Assembly: GCA_049519175.1 (NCBI GenBank)
Contig: JBEKQZ010000001.1
Span: 335,679 to 399,678, forward strand
Direction: 5' to 3'
DNA: 64,000 nt
Origin: Candidatus Levyibacteriota bacterium
GTDB lineage: Bacteria > Patescibacteriota > Microgenomatia > Levybacterales > UBA12049
Shown here: one piece after another, positions 9,481 to 20,395 of the stretch
Position numbering within the stretch: the stretch's first letter is position 1
How the letters are laid out: every line of letters begins with the position of its first letter
The notes under the pieces: generated by a model
What the model saw: only the letters and a program-made list of their open reading frames with translations
What the model was told of the DNA's origin: nothing
Databases searched by the model: none
Program-made: the position numbers and the translations under genes

Positions 9481-11470
9481 TTTCTTAAAAAGCAACACGG
9501 ATTTATTGTTGGTATTCATTATTTCAACCGCTTTATCATTCGAGAATTTTTTGGAGATATGCACAGGATACCTACGCTACATGCGTTATGATCTACAACT
9601 AAATTTATTGTGGAATTATACGCAAATTACTCATCTAATTCCTTACAGAGATATCTACTATCCATATGGACTCCTGCGTTATTTTAGATTGGAGAATAAT
9701 GTTATTTCGTTATGCTATTACCTGATTATCCCGGTTCTTTTTACTATTCTTTACTTTATTCTTAAAAAAATTATCCAAGAGCGATTTTATAGGTATTTAT
9801 TCATTGCATTTATTGTATTTTTTGTTCTAAGATTTTCATATTTTGAAACGTTTACCCGTTATGGCTTATTTGCAGTATTATCGTTGTTTTTTACTTACGT
9901 GATTTATAGGTATGGTAAATATTCAAATAATTATACATTTCTTCCAGGAATACTCATAGGAGTGGTGATGTCTTTAATTAATGACCAGGGTTTATACATG
10001 TTTTTTGTGTTTTTGGGATTATTGGCATTCGATGCGATTGTAAAAATCAATAAAGGAGTGGTTTTTAATAGATACTTTATTAGCGCTTTCATAAGAAAGT
10101 TTCTCATGCTGGCACTTGGTATTTTTATAGGTATACTCCCTGTCTTAGTTTATTTATATTCCCGAGGCGGACTAGTCGAGTTTTTTCAATTTCCTTACAT
10201 AATCTCCCAGGTTGCAATCGTCGCTAAGGGTCCATTTTTTAATTATATACTTTATCCGGACAATCGCTTTACTTTAACTATTTTATTATTAGCCATTTTC
10301 ACAGTCATGATTAAACTGATTTTTTATAGACATAAGACAAGCTTGTTCTGGTATGTTGAAGCAGCTTTAATCTTGGCACTCTGTATTTTGGAGCAAAAAA
10401 GCATAATCAGGTCGATTGATTCCCAAATTACTTTTATCGCCTTTATTTTATTATTATTTTTAATTTACGATTTTATCGTTTGGTTTAAGCTAGATAAATC
10501 TCATCGGTTAGCCGGGAAAATAATCTATCTAGCGCTACCGTTGGTGGTTATAATGTTTTGGGGCCTATCGCCCTCATCAAATTTAAACACGAGCATAAAT
10601 AGTATGTTTAATAATTTTAGAGACGTTTATTCGAATACTTGCTTTAATACCGGTTTGATGAATAGTTATTCATCAAAGAATAATGATTACGTTAAAATTG
10701 TTAACTTACTAAAGAGTCAGCCGATATTTAACGGAAAGATTTATGCGTATCACCCAGGAGATTCTACTTTCTATATTTTACTGAAGCAAAAACCACCATA
10801 TTTTGACGGAGTTTTTGAAGATAATTCTGTTTCCACTCAAGAAAAAATGATTCAATATATAAAAGCAAACAATATTGAATATGTAACCTTAGACTTAAGC
10901 AAGGACTCCTTGCAAGACGGAGTGCCTCATTACATAAGAGAACCGATTGAATTTAAATATATTCTTAACAATTATTCCCCCTGGTTAATAATTGGGAATC
11001 ATTTAATCTTAAGAAAAAGTAGTCAGGATTTTTTTAGTGAACAATTACTTAATAAGATTTCTTTATATAAAAAGTATCTTTTAAGTGTTAACTTAGCAGT
11101 GATTCCCTTTTCGGAAGGATTTTATAAGTACCGTTATTTTACATTAGCGCCGTTAATTAAGACTAACAACGTAACTATTATAAATAATTTTCTTAAAAGA
11201 CAAAAAATGTCATCAGCGAATAAAGTGTTTGTTTTAATACCCAATAAGGAATTGAAGACTGTGTCACAAAATTACTTAAATCTAAGAACAAGTGATGGAA
11301 AAGAAACAGTTATTTATTTTAACGCTTGTAAGGTAAATAAACCATGTATAATAGACCTTTCAAATATACCGCTTTTTTACAAAAATAGGCAAATAAGCAG
11401 TTTATGCGTTGATAATAATTTTAAAGGAGATATCGAAATCTACAATATTAGTCTTAAGATTTTGTGGTAG
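9464..11470 (+). CDS. Large polytopic membrane protein, GT-C-like
   Basis: PYRD..YPYG loop motif, about 11 TM helices, extracytoplasmic C-terminal domain. Confidence 0.6.
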   Translation: MKRVINFLKSNTDLLLVFIISTALSFENFLEICTGYLRYMRYDLQLNLLWNYTQITHLIPYRDIYYPYGLLRYFRLENNVISLCYYLIIPVLFTILYFILKKIIQERFYRYLFIAFIVFFVLRFSYFETFTRYGLFAVLSLFFTYVIYRYGKYSNNYTFLPGILIGVVMSLINDQGLYMFFVFLGLLAFDAIVKINKGVVFNRYFISAFIRKFLMLALGIFIGILPVLVYLYSRGGLVEFFQFPYIISQVAIVAKGPFFNYILYPDNRFTLTILLLAIFTVMIKLIFYRHKTSLFWYVEAALILALCILEQKSIIRSIDSQITFIAFILLLFLIYDFIVWFKLDKSHRLAGKIIYLALPLVVIMFWGLSPSSNLNTSINSMFNNFRDVYSNTCFNTGLMNSYSSKNNDYVKIVNLLKSQPIFNGKIYAYHPGDSTFYILLKQKPPYFDGVFEDNSVSTQEKMIQYIKANNIEYVTLDLSKDSLQDGVPHYIREPIEFKYILNNYSPWLIIGNHLILRKSSQDFFSEQLLNKISLYKKYLLSVNLAVIPFSEGFYKYRYFTLAPLIKTNNVTIINNFLKRQKMSSANKVFVLIPNKELKTVSQNYLNLRTSDGKETVIYFNACKVNKPCIIDLSNIPLFYKNRQISSLCVDNNFKGDIEIYNISLKILW

Positions 11471-11488
11471 TATAAGAAATAAGCACCG

Positions 11489-12736
11489 TTAAATAATCTT
11501 AAAGCCGGGTTCAATCAGGATAAATTTGCCTCCGTTGCTTTTGAACTTCCTATTTTTCTCAATAATTTCCTTACTGAAATTCCAGGCAAAAATTAGAAGA
11601 TAATCAGGTTTAGTTTCATAAATTTTATCTTCTGCATAGATAGGAATATGTGTTTCCGGAGTAAATAGGCCCTGTTTATACGGTGTTGAATCAACGATGT
11701 AATCGATTATCTTAGAGCCTATGCCAAAATAGTTAAGCAGTACATTTGCTTTTGCTGCGGCACCGTAGCCCACAATTGTTTTTTTAGATTTCTTTAATTT
11801 TATAAGTTTTTTGACCGTATTTATTTTAAGTTTTTCAACTCGTTTTGCGAATTCAATATAGGCATTAATTTCGTGCAGTCCGAATTTTTTTTCTTCATAT
11901 AATAACTTGTTAATAATATTTGTTCTTACTTTTATTTTTGTATTTTTCTTCTTTTTCCAAAATACCCTTAATGAGCCGCCGTCCAAATCGCTCTTTTGTA
12001 TGTCAAATATTTCCAGGGAAGAATCTTTTGCTAAATACATAAGAGACTTGACGCTAAAATAAGATAAATGTTCATGGTAGATGGTGTCGAACAAATTTTT
12101 TTCTAAAAGATCGTAGGAATAGGGAAAATGCATTACAAAAATTCCATCATCATCAAGAAGAATTTCTCCTCCCTTAATTACTTCATGAAGGTCTGGAATA
12201 TGTGCGATGACATTGGTTGCGGTAATAGCTTTGGCTTTGCCATATTTTTTAACAGCTTTCTTAGCAAGCGTAGAATCGAAATATCCAAGGATCGTTTCTA
12301 CGCCATTTAAGTTAGCGATTTTTACTAGATTTTCAGCAGGGTCAATCCCCAAAATTTTCATTCCAATGTTTTTAAAGCAAACCAAAAGGCTTCCATCATT
12401 ACTGCCGACGTCAATCACTAAAGAATTTTTCCTAAGCTTGCTAATTTTAGCGATTTCTTTCGCCATCTGTTTAAAATAATTAATCCTCGTCTTAGATGCA
12501 GATGGAATATATAAATAATTACCAAACATTATTTTTGAGTTCACTAAATATTTTAATTGCATTAGGGAACAGTTTGAGCAGAAACAGACGGAAAGCGCAT
12601 ATCTTGGTTCTTTTTGCTTTAAGTCTTCTTTTCTAAGAAACCCATTCGGGATCGGTTGTTCTCCCAAATCTATAACGTCCAAGAGCTTATTAGATCCGCA
12701 AATTCTGCATTTTTTTACCGTTATTAAGTTGATCAT
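11489..12736 (-). CDS. NDP-hexose C-methyltransferase family (Zn-binding, SAM-dependent)
   Basis: CRIC...CSNC, DVGSNDG, YHEH, GGS, YGAAAK, FAWN. Confidence 0.88.
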   Translation of the reverse strand: MINLITVKKCRICGSNKLLDVIDLGEQPIPNGFLRKEDLKQKEPRYALSVCFCSNCSLMQLKYLVNSKIMFGNYLYIPSASKTRINYFKQMAKEIAKISKLRKNSLVIDVGSNDGSLLVCFKNIGMKILGIDPAENLVKIANLNGVETILGYFDSTLAKKAVKKYGKAKAITATNVIAHIPDLHEVIKGGEILLDDDGIFVMHFPYSYDLLEKNLFDTIYHEHLSYFSVKSLMYLAKDSSLEIFDIQKSDLDGGSLRVFWKKKKNTKIKVRTNIINKLLYEEKKFGLHEINAYIEFAKRVEKLKINTVKKLIKLKKSKKTIVGYGAAAKANVLLNYFGIGSKIIDYIVDSTPYKQGLFTPETHIPIYAEDKIYETKPDYLLIFAWNFSKEIIEKNRKFKSNGGKFILIEPGFKII

Positions 12737-12753
12737 ATATTAAGATAATTCTC

Positions 12754-14016
12754 CTATATTACTGTAAATTTTGGTAGGGGAAAAATAAAATGGCCCCCGT
12801 TGTCTAAATATTTTTTCTCCCTTTGTAGAAATTCTTGCTTAAAAAACCAAGGTAGCACTAACATGTAATCTGGTTTTTCTTTTCTCGCCTGTTCCTCAGA
12901 AATAATTGGAATTCCCATGGAAGATATCATCTTGCCCCATTTCTCTGGGTTTCTTTCTACAGCCTTTTTAATCAGCGTATGGTCTAATTTAAAATATTGG
13001 AGAAGAGTATTTCCTCGGGTTGACGCTCCATAAAGATAAATTAATTTCCCTTTTTTACTTTCTTTCTTGACGAAATTTAGGATTTTTTCTTTATTATTTT
13101 TTATTTTTTTAGCAAAATTTAGATAAACTTTTCTATTATTTAGTTTAAGTCTTTTTTCCTGACTTTCCATTTTCAGAACTGCTTTGGTTATTTTTCTTTT
13201 TCCCTTCGTTGTAATATAGGTTCTGAAACTACCTCCATTAAGTTCTCTTTCTTCTAAATCAAAAACCTCCAGATTATGTTTTTCCAGCAAATTATTTAAA
13301 GATAAGAGAGAATAATATTCAAGGTGCTCGTGGACAATATTATCGAAAGCGCTTTGCTTTAGCATTTCAACCAAGTAGTTTTGTTGAATTATAAAAATTC
13401 CATCGTCTTTCATAATTTTTTTTACGTCTTCAATAAATTTGTTTGGTTCTGCCATATCATAGAAACAAGATATTGCTGTGACTATGTCAGCTTTTACATC
13501 TTTGACAACTTTTTGATAAGAGGCATAACTAAAAAAGTCATTAATTACTTTATTGGTATTTTTCTGAGATTCTTTTGCAAATTTCGTTATTGGCTCAACG
13601 GCAATCCTGTAGATATTTTTAGGATAATTTTTTAATAAAGTGCCATCATTTGCGCCGATGTCGACAACAACAGTATCTTTAGTTTTAGTCTTTATTCTCT
13701 TAAGTGCTTTTTGTGTAATTTCTTTAAGTTCGTTTTGCATAGTTTGATTAATGTCGGATTTATAACCATATCTTTCTGTGTAAAGATATTTTGCGGGCGT
13801 AGTGTAATCTAATTGAACAAGAAAGCATTTTTTACAAAGGACAATGCTAAGGGGAAAGGAGCGAGGTTTTCTATTAATTTTTGTAAAATCGGATAAATAT
13901 TGATTTCCTAAGGAAATAATATTAATTAAGTTTTTGGAATTGCAAGATCGACATTTTTTGATTTTCATCTCTGAGGCAGTCGGTCTATTATAGCCTTTAA
14001 AATCCTGAAATTTCAA
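12754..14016 (-). CDS. Second NDP-hexose C-methyltransferase family protein (start may be ATG 13968)
   Basis: CRSC...CKKC, DIGANDG, HEHLEYY, NGGS, YGASTRG, LPWFF. Confidence 0.88.
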   Translation of the reverse strand: MKFQDFKGYNRPTASEMKIKKCRSCNSKNLINIISLGNQYLSDFTKINRKPRSFPLSIVLCKKCFLVQLDYTTPAKYLYTERYGYKSDINQTMQNELKEITQKALKRIKTKTKDTVVVDIGANDGTLLKNYPKNIYRIAVEPITKFAKESQKNTNKVINDFFSYASYQKVVKDVKADIVTAISCFYDMAEPNKFIEDVKKIMKDDGIFIIQQNYLVEMLKQSAFDNIVHEHLEYYSLLSLNNLLEKHNLEVFDLEERELNGGSFRTYITTKGKRKITKAVLKMESQEKRLKLNNRKVYLNFAKKIKNNKEKILNFVKKESKKGKLIYLYGASTRGNTLLQYFKLDHTLIKKAVERNPEKWGKMISSMGIPIISEEQARKEKPDYMLVLPWFFKQEFLQREKKYLDNGGHFIFPLPKFTVI

Positions 14017-14020
14017 GTAG

Positions 14021-15073
14021 TTATTTCGGGGAGCTAATTAGCTTAAGCTTAATATCTCCGTATATTTTTCTAACAAAACTTATTTTTTGGTAAAGATGGT
14101 AATAAGTTAATTTTAAATAAACTTCCATTTCGCGTTTTTTAAAAAATGTTAAAGATTTACTTAAGTCTTTGTATATTTCAAAAAGTTCTTTGGGATTAAT
14201 TTCATATTTGTGTTTTTTGTAATGTTCGAGTCGATTAATAAGAAACATAATTACGTAGTCAGATAAAAACTTCTGATATTCCTCCTTACATTTAAACCGA
14301 TCTGCTAGTCGAGCAATGGTTTTATTAAACCCAATTACCCCTCTTTTATATTCATCAAGGGTATCTTTTTTTCTTCCGTAATTTTGTTCATGAAGGGCAA
14401 AACTTGCTAGCTCCTTGTTTATTATTACGAATTTAGTTTTGGCGGCAATTTTAAGTAAGTATGCAAAATCCGAAAAATGTGCAGAGTTATAATCGGGGAC
14501 TCCTGGAATTTCCGCTACCAAATCTCTTGATATTAAACTAGCGTTCCATAAATAATGTGGAAATATTTCCTGTTTAAAAAATTGTTTAAAAAATAACCGG
14601 GGTTCTAGTATTTCAATACTGCCATATTTTTTATTTTTGTTTACCAGTGAATTAAATCCAAACTTTAAGTGATTTACCTCTGCCACTTTTTTAGTTTTGA
14701 CGTCTGCGTAAGAAGCTCCCCAAAACGCTTTCATATTCGGATATTTCTTTAGCGCTCTAGCAAATACTACAAGCATATCAGCAGTGGGTGGATCATCGTC
14801 TGCCATAATGGAAACAAAATCACCTTTAGAAAGAGAAAAAGCTTTATTGAAACTTTTCACCATCCCGATGTGCTTTCTATTTTTATGATAAATTATTTTA
14901 TTTGATCTAAATGATGCTACGACTTTCTCCGAAGTGTTCTCGGAGGGGTCTTCTGAAATTACAATTTCAATGTTCGGATATTTTTGTTTAAGGATTATTT
15001 TAATGGTCGATTTTAAAAATTCAGGTCTTTTATACGTTGAGATACAGAAGCTGACTAACGGACACCGTTTCAT
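14021..15073 (-). CDS. GT2 glycosyltransferase
   Basis: ISTYKRP, SED, ADDD motifs; start placed at ATG 15073. Confidence 0.85.
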   Translation of the reverse strand: MKRCPLVSFCISTYKRPEFLKSTIKIILKQKYPNIEIVISEDPSENTSEKVVASFRSNKIIYHKNRKHIGMVKSFNKAFSLSKGDFVSIMADDDPPTADMLVVFARALKKYPNMKAFWGASYADVKTKKVAEVNHLKFGFNSLVNKNKKYGSIEILEPRLFFKQFFKQEIFPHYLWNASLISRDLVAEIPGVPDYNSAHFSDFAYLLKIAAKTKFVIINKELASFALHEQNYGRKKDTLDEYKRGVIGFNKTIARLADRFKCKEEYQKFLSDYVIMFLINRLEHYKKHKYEINPKELFEIYKDLSKSLTFFKKREMEVYLKLTYYHLYQKISFVRKIYGDIKLKLISSPK

Positions 15074-15187
15074 TATAGGCAAAATAATAGCATTCTGGTT
15101 GGGAGTAGTCAATGTGAAAGTCAAGCAGCTTGAGCTATTCGCAATAACTAGATATAATACCTACATAATCAAATCTTTAGCTAAATT

Positions 15188-16168
15188 ATGAAAAAAAATA
15201 TACGAGTAATAGTTACAGGCGGAACGGGATTTATTGGCTGCAATATGATAGCTTTTCTTAAAAAGAAGGGTTTTTATGTCCGCTGCGTCGATATTAAAAT
15301 TTCCGAACGGGAAAAACAGCGAGGGAAAATGTTTAATCAAGCTGATGAAGTACTCAGGCTTGATTTAAGGGAGCAAAAAAATGTTGACAAAGCGGTTGCG
15401 GGAATGGATTGGGTGTTCCATTTTGCATCAGACATGGGAGGGGTAGGCTATTTCCATACGCGTAATTTCTACCCGATAATCAACAATATGCAAATAGATC
15501 TAAACATGCTTAGAGCGACGGAAGAGTCCCATATTAAAAGATTTTTTTATTCCTCTTCTGCATGTATTTATCCCACTAACCTGCAAATGGTAGAGAGTGA
15601 AGCAATTCGTCTGTCAGAAGAAATGAAATATCCTGCTTTTCCTGACCAAAATTACGGATGGGAGAAACTATTAATGTTAAGGCTTTGCGAAGAAGCGCCT
15701 TTCGACGCTAGAGTCGGGATTTTTAACACAATATATGGTATGTACCAGGAAATTGAAGGGGAACGGATGAAGTTTCCGACTGCAATTGCAACAAAAGTAT
15801 TAAAAAGCAAATTAAAAGGTAGGCCGATTGAGATATGGGGTAATGGGAAGCAAATTCGTTCGTTTCTCTACATAGACGATTTATGTGAAAGGGTATACAG
15901 GATTATGACCATGCCGTATAAAGGGCCAGTTAATGTCTCTGCCGAGGAATCTATTACGATTGAAGAAACTGCGAGAATGCTTTGCGAGATTGCCGGCATT
16001 AAGCCAAATTTTAAATTTAACTTAGATAAGCCGAGCGGGGTGTTATCAAGAGCTATCGATAACACGAAGTTTAACAGAGCTTATAAATATAAAGACAAAG
16101 TTTCGCTTCGGGAAGGGTTTACCCGCCTATATGCGTGGGTTGAAGAAGAACAAAAAGATACCGCATAG
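15188..16168 (+). CDS. Extended SDR epimerase, GDP-mannose 3',5'-epimerase-like
   Basis: TGGTGFIG, ASDMGG.G, SSACIYP, YGWEKL, WGNG.Q.RSF motifs. Confidence 0.8.
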   Translation: MKKNIRVIVTGGTGFIGCNMIAFLKKKGFYVRCVDIKISEREKQRGKMFNQADEVLRLDLREQKNVDKAVAGMDWVFHFASDMGGVGYFHTRNFYPIINNMQIDLNMLRATEESHIKRFFYSSSACIYPTNLQMVESEAIRLSEEMKYPAFPDQNYGWEKLLMLRLCEEAPFDARVGIFNTIYGMYQEIEGERMKFPTAIATKVLKSKLKGRPIEIWGNGKQIRSFLYIDDLCERVYRIMTMPYKGPVNVSAEESITIEETARMLCEIAGIKPNFKFNLDKPSGVLSRAIDNTKFNRAYKYKDKVSLREGFTRLYAWVEEEQKDTA

Positions 16169-16186
16169 GCAACTTACTCACGATTT

Positions 16187-17650
16187 ATGGTCGAAGACAA
16201 AGATATTCTAAAAGCAAATATAATCCAAGGCTTTGGAACCCTCATCGCAAGAGAAGTCCTTTTGAAATTTTTTTCTTTTGTCGGGCAGATATTTTTAGCC
16301 CGGCTCTTGGCCCCATCGGACTTTGGTGTATATGTAATTATTGTTTTTGTTGTAAATTTCTTAAGTTTATTCTCCGACGTTGGATTATCGTTGGCTATTA
16401 TCCAAAAAACCAAAGAGCCTACAAAAGAAGAGCTATCAAGTGTGTTTTTCTTAAAAATGGGCCTATCTTGTTTAATTGTTATTCTTATTTGGATATTCGC
16501 ACCGTTTCTCAGAAGTTTTTATCCGGCATTTTCTGCTTCAAACGTATTAATGACAAGAATGTTGTCTCTAATTATAATTACGGGGAGTATCAGGTCTATT
16601 CCCATCTCATTATTGGAAAGAAAAATAAAATACAATCTGATTTCTTTAATCGACGTTTATGGAGTTTCAATTTATTACATCGTTTCCATAGCGTTTGCTT
16701 TAATGCATTTCGGGGCTTGGAGCTTTATCTTTGGAGCTTTGACAAAGGAAGTTGGAGAGACAATAATTTTATATGGAATCCAGCCTTTTTTCCCTAAGCT
16801 TGCTTATTCTAAGCATAATGTTAAAAGTATGATTAAATTTGGTATATACATACAAGGGAATGGTCTTGTTAATTTTCTTGGTTCTTCTATAACGCCATTA
16901 TTGGGAGGGAGGATTTTTGGGACATCTAGGGTAGGACTATTAGATTTTGCATATAGTATAGCTTCTTTGCCTGAGCTAGTGGGGGTAAACTTTGGAAGAG
17001 TGGCATTTGCTGGGTATTCAAGAATTCAAGAACAAAAAGAATTGCTATTAAAGTCCATTCGTAAATCAATGAGTATGCTTTCTATTTTATTATATATTTT
17101 TCCGGTTGTAGTACTTTGTTTTGGCAGTCAATTGGTGCCGTTATTTTTTTCCGACAAATGGATACCGGCAATACCTGCTTTATATTGGTATAGTTTGGAT
17201 GTGTTTTTTCTTCCTATTATTATTGCTTTAGGTCAAATAATCTTAGCGGTCGGAAGATCGAAAGAAGTATTCTGGGCAACATTTATTACTGCAGTCGCCG
17301 GATGGATCGGAATATTTTTCTTGATTCATATTTTTGGATTTGTGGGAATAGCGATAGATTATTTGTTAACAATTGTGCTATTGAGCATATTTTATCTTTC
17401 GATATCAGTCAAAAGTGGATTTAAGTTTCCGTTGGTATCAATCCTAGGTCCAAAAATGATTGTTGCCATTCTTACAATCGCCTTTTCTTTAATACTGGAT
17501 ACAGTCTTTAACCAAACCTTTGTTATGCTTATCGTGAAGCTTTGCATGAGTGGTGCATTATATTTATCCCTGATGTTCTTATTGGCAAAGAACGATACAG
17601 TGGAACTTTTTCTGCTGGTTATTAATTTTGTTAAGCAAAAACGAATATGA
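16187..17650 (+). CDS. wzx: Wzx/MOP-family oligosaccharide flippase
   Basis: LARLL.P.DFG, DVGL..AIIQ, about 12-14 TM helices. Confidence 0.88.
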   Translation: MVEDKDILKANIIQGFGTLIAREVLLKFFSFVGQIFLARLLAPSDFGVYVIIVFVVNFLSLFSDVGLSLAIIQKTKEPTKEELSSVFFLKMGLSCLIVILIWIFAPFLRSFYPAFSASNVLMTRMLSLIIITGSIRSIPISLLERKIKYNLISLIDVYGVSIYYIVSIAFALMHFGAWSFIFGALTKEVGETIILYGIQPFFPKLAYSKHNVKSMIKFGIYIQGNGLVNFLGSSITPLLGGRIFGTSRVGLLDFAYSIASLPELVGVNFGRVAFAGYSRIQEQKELLLKSIRKSMSMLSILLYIFPVVVLCFGSQLVPLFFSDKWIPAIPALYWYSLDVFFLPIIIALGQIILAVGRSKEVFWATFITAVAGWIGIFFLIHIFGFVGIAIDYLLTIVLLSIFYLSISVKSGFKFPLVSILGPKMIVAILTIAFSLILDTVFNQTFVMLIVKLCMSGALYLSLMFLLAKNDTVELFLLVINFVKQKRI

Positions 17651-18615
17651 TTAAGCTCTCCGTAATTATTGTTTTGTACGAGGAATATGAATTAGTCGAA
17701 AAAACCCTCTCTTCAATTTATCAAAACGAAATAGCCAATATGGAAGTTATTCTAGTAGATAATACGCCTAACAATAAAGGACATAAAGCGGTGCTTAAGA
17801 AATTTCCTAAAATAAAATATTTTCATAATTCAGTCAATTCCGGTTTTGGCGGAGGAGTTAACTTCGGCTTAAATAAGGCAAAGAGTAAAAATATACTAAT
17901 GTTAACCCCAGATATGTATCTATTGCCGCAGACAATCCTTCAGACATTAAGCTATCTTGAAAAGCATCAGCGAGTTGGACTAGTCGGTTCGAAACTCATT
18001 GCTTCGCCCGGTGATCAGGAGCGCTCCGCAAATTCCAGTTATCCCAATTTGTCCACGATCCTTTATTATTACAATATGCCTTTCTATAAGTTAATTGATC
18101 GTTTCAATAAAAATTATCACCCAAATTATTTTTCATTGAAGAAACACCAGCATATTTTAGAGACAAAATGGATTAACGGACAGTATATGCTCGCAAGAAG
18201 AAAGGCACTAGATGATATTGGTGGTTTCGATGAGAGATTCTTTTTATATTTTGAGGACGTAGACTTGTGTAAGCGAATGGTTGAGTCCGGTTGGAAAGTT
18301 GTGTATCTTCCTGTTGGAGGAATTGTACAGAATGGAATAACTAAATGGAAAAAAACGACAATTACACAAGCAACATCTCCCTATATGGAAAGCTTGTATA
18401 AATTTTACATAAAACATTATGGAAGAGTATACGCGTTCGCGGCATGGCTTATCGGCACAACGTCTTCCTTAATAAGCGTGCCGTATCTAGTTTTTGTCGT
18501 ATTCATTAAAAAAATATTTGGTGTTAAGTCACAATCAAAGATACTTTTACCATTATGGATAGACATAGCAAGGTGGCACCTTACTAAAGGAGTAAAAGAG
18601 GTAATCAAATCATAA
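17647..18615 (+). CDS. GT2 glycosyltransferase (WbbL/rhamnosyltransferase-like)
   Basis: N.GFGGG.N, GGFDERFFLYFEDVDLC. Confidence 0.88.
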   Translation: MIKLSVIIVLYEEYELVEKTLSSIYQNEIANMEVILVDNTPNNKGHKAVLKKFPKIKYFHNSVNSGFGGGVNFGLNKAKSKNILMLTPDMYLLPQTILQTLSYLEKHQRVGLVGSKLIASPGDQERSANSSYPNLSTILYYYNMPFYKLIDRFNKNYHPNYFSLKKHQHILETKWINGQYMLARRKALDDIGGFDERFFLYFEDVDLCKRMVESGWKVVYLPVGGIVQNGITKWKKTTITQATSPYMESLYKFYIKHYGRVYAFAAWLIGTTSSLISVPYLVFVVFIKKIFGVKSQSKILLPLWIDIARWHLTKGVKEVIKS

Positions 18616-18666
18616 ACTGAAATAAAGGTGGAAAATTTTTGTTGCCTGTGTCATTATTAAAGATAG

Positions 18667-19197
18667 ATGAAAGTAATTGATACAAAACTTCAGGGAGTAA
18701 AAGTTATTGAACCGGATAAATTCGATGACAATCGGGGGTATTATCTTAAATCGTTTGAAAAAAAAGCTTTCAGGGAGCAAGGAATTGATTTTGATATTGT
18801 TCAGGTAAGCCATTCTTCTAATCAGGCAAAAGGAACAATAAGGGGAATGCACTTTCAACTTGAACCCTTTGCTCAAGATAAAATCATTTTTTGTGTTAAA
18901 GGGAAAGTGTTCGATATAGCAATAGATTTACGTAAGAATTCCGCTACCTATGGAGAATGGTATGGGTTAGAGCTTTCAGAGGAGAATAAACAGATTTTGT
19001 ATATTCCAAAAGGCTTTGCGCATGGGTTTGAAACTCTGGTTGATAATACGGAGGTAATCTATTTTATTTCAGAAGTATATTCAAAAGAACATGAATCCGG
19101 AATTAAGTGGAATGAAGTTGCCTTTGGCATCGACTGGCCCTTAGAACCTACCGTAATCTCAGAGAAAGATCAAAAGTGGCCTGCATACGAAAGCTAA
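18667..19197 (+). CDS. rfbC: dTDP-4-dehydrorhamnose 3,5-epimerase
   Basis: DNRG, GTIRGMHFQ, DLRK.S.TYG, IPKGFAHGF, SEKD. Confidence 0.95.
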   Translation: MKVIDTKLQGVKVIEPDKFDDNRGYYLKSFEKKAFREQGIDFDIVQVSHSSNQAKGTIRGMHFQLEPFAQDKIIFCVKGKVFDIAIDLRKNSATYGEWYGLELSEENKQILYIPKGFAHGFETLVDNTEVIYFISEVYSKEHESGIKWNEVAFGIDWPLEPTVISEKDQKWPAYES

Positions 19198-19283
19198 TTT
19201 CAGAAACGTAGCCAACCTCATATCTCATAGGTAGGATTACCGTGTATTGTAGAGTTAAAACTGCTATAATTTCAGTCAATAAT

Positions 19284-20387
19284 ATGAGAATAGCTTTTTT
19301 TCACGAGCTACATAAAGGAGGAGCAAGAAGAGGAACTAATGACTTTGCGAAACAGCTGAAGAAGAGAGGTCACGTGGTGGATCTATATACAATTAGCCCA
19401 AAAGTTAAAGAGGAAAAAGAGTTCTATAGCAATGCAAAGATTTATCAGTTTTTACCGGTTATTTGGAAAGGACGTAATTGGAGAAAAAAACTTTATAAAG
19501 ACACTGTCGAGTTAATAAAGCTAGTTTTGTTGGAAAGAAGAATTGCTGATGATATTGGAAGAAAAAAGTATGATTTAGTTTTTGTAGCGGCCTCGCAATA
19601 TATTGAATCGCCTTTTTTACTGCAATTTTTAAAAACTCCCAGCCTTTTTTACTGCAATGATCCATACTACAGAATTATTTATGAGCCGGAATTATTCCGT
19701 AAAGAAAGCGTTAATTTTTTTAAAATCAAATACGAATTATTAAACCGGCTGGCCAGAAAATATTTAGACAAGTGGAACATAAGTAAAGCGACTTATGTTG
19801 CTGCGAATTCAAAATTCACAAAAGAGCTATTTGAAAAAACCTACAAGAAAAAAGCCGATGTCTTATATTACGGAATTGATACCTTATTTTTTGTTCCTAG
19901 AAAATTTAAAAAAAATATCGATTTATTATTTGTAGGTTCTTATGATTTTCTCGATGGATACCCGTTCTTTAAAGAAGTGCTAAAACATATGCAAACCAAG
20001 CCAAAAGTCAGAGCAGTAGTATTTGAGGATGAATGGCTTACGGATTTGGAGCTTAAAGACGTTTATCAGCGGACAAAAATTTTAGTGGCGCCTGCCTATA
20101 AAGAACCGTTAGGCTTGGTGCCGCTTGAAGCAATGGCTTGTGGGGCAGTCGTAGTAGCGGTTGATGAAGGCGCACATAAAGAAACGGTTGTCAACGGCAA
20201 AACAGGGGTACTTTTAAAAAGGGATGCTATGCTTTTTGCAAAAAAGCTGGATGGGCTCTTAAATGATTCTGACACTTTGAAGAAAATGAGCCTTGAAGCC
20301 AAGAGTTACGTATCTTCGCAGTGGAGCTGGAAAAAAAGAGGGAATAATTTAGAAAGATACATACAGAGTAAATTTGATATTAAATAA
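19284..20387 (+). CDS. GT4 (GT-B) glycosyltransferase
   Basis: GGA.R, EPLGLVPLEAMACG; start ATG 19284 follows TGCTATAAT. Confidence 0.9.
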   Translation: MRIAFFHELHKGGARRGTNDFAKQLKKRGHVVDLYTISPKVKEEKEFYSNAKIYQFLPVIWKGRNWRKKLYKDTVELIKLVLLERRIADDIGRKKYDLVFVAASQYIESPFLLQFLKTPSLFYCNDPYYRIIYEPELFRKESVNFFKIKYELLNRLARKYLDKWNISKATYVAANSKFTKELFEKTYKKKADVLYYGIDTLFFVPRKFKKNIDLLFVGSYDFLDGYPFFKEVLKHMQTKPKVRAVVFEDEWLTDLELKDVYQRTKILVAPAYKEPLGLVPLEAMACGAVVVAVDEGAHKETVVNGKTGVLLKRDAMLFAKKLDGLLNDSDTLKKMSLEAKSYVSSQWSWKKRGNNLERYIQSKFDIK

Positions 20388-20395
20388 TTTTCGAG

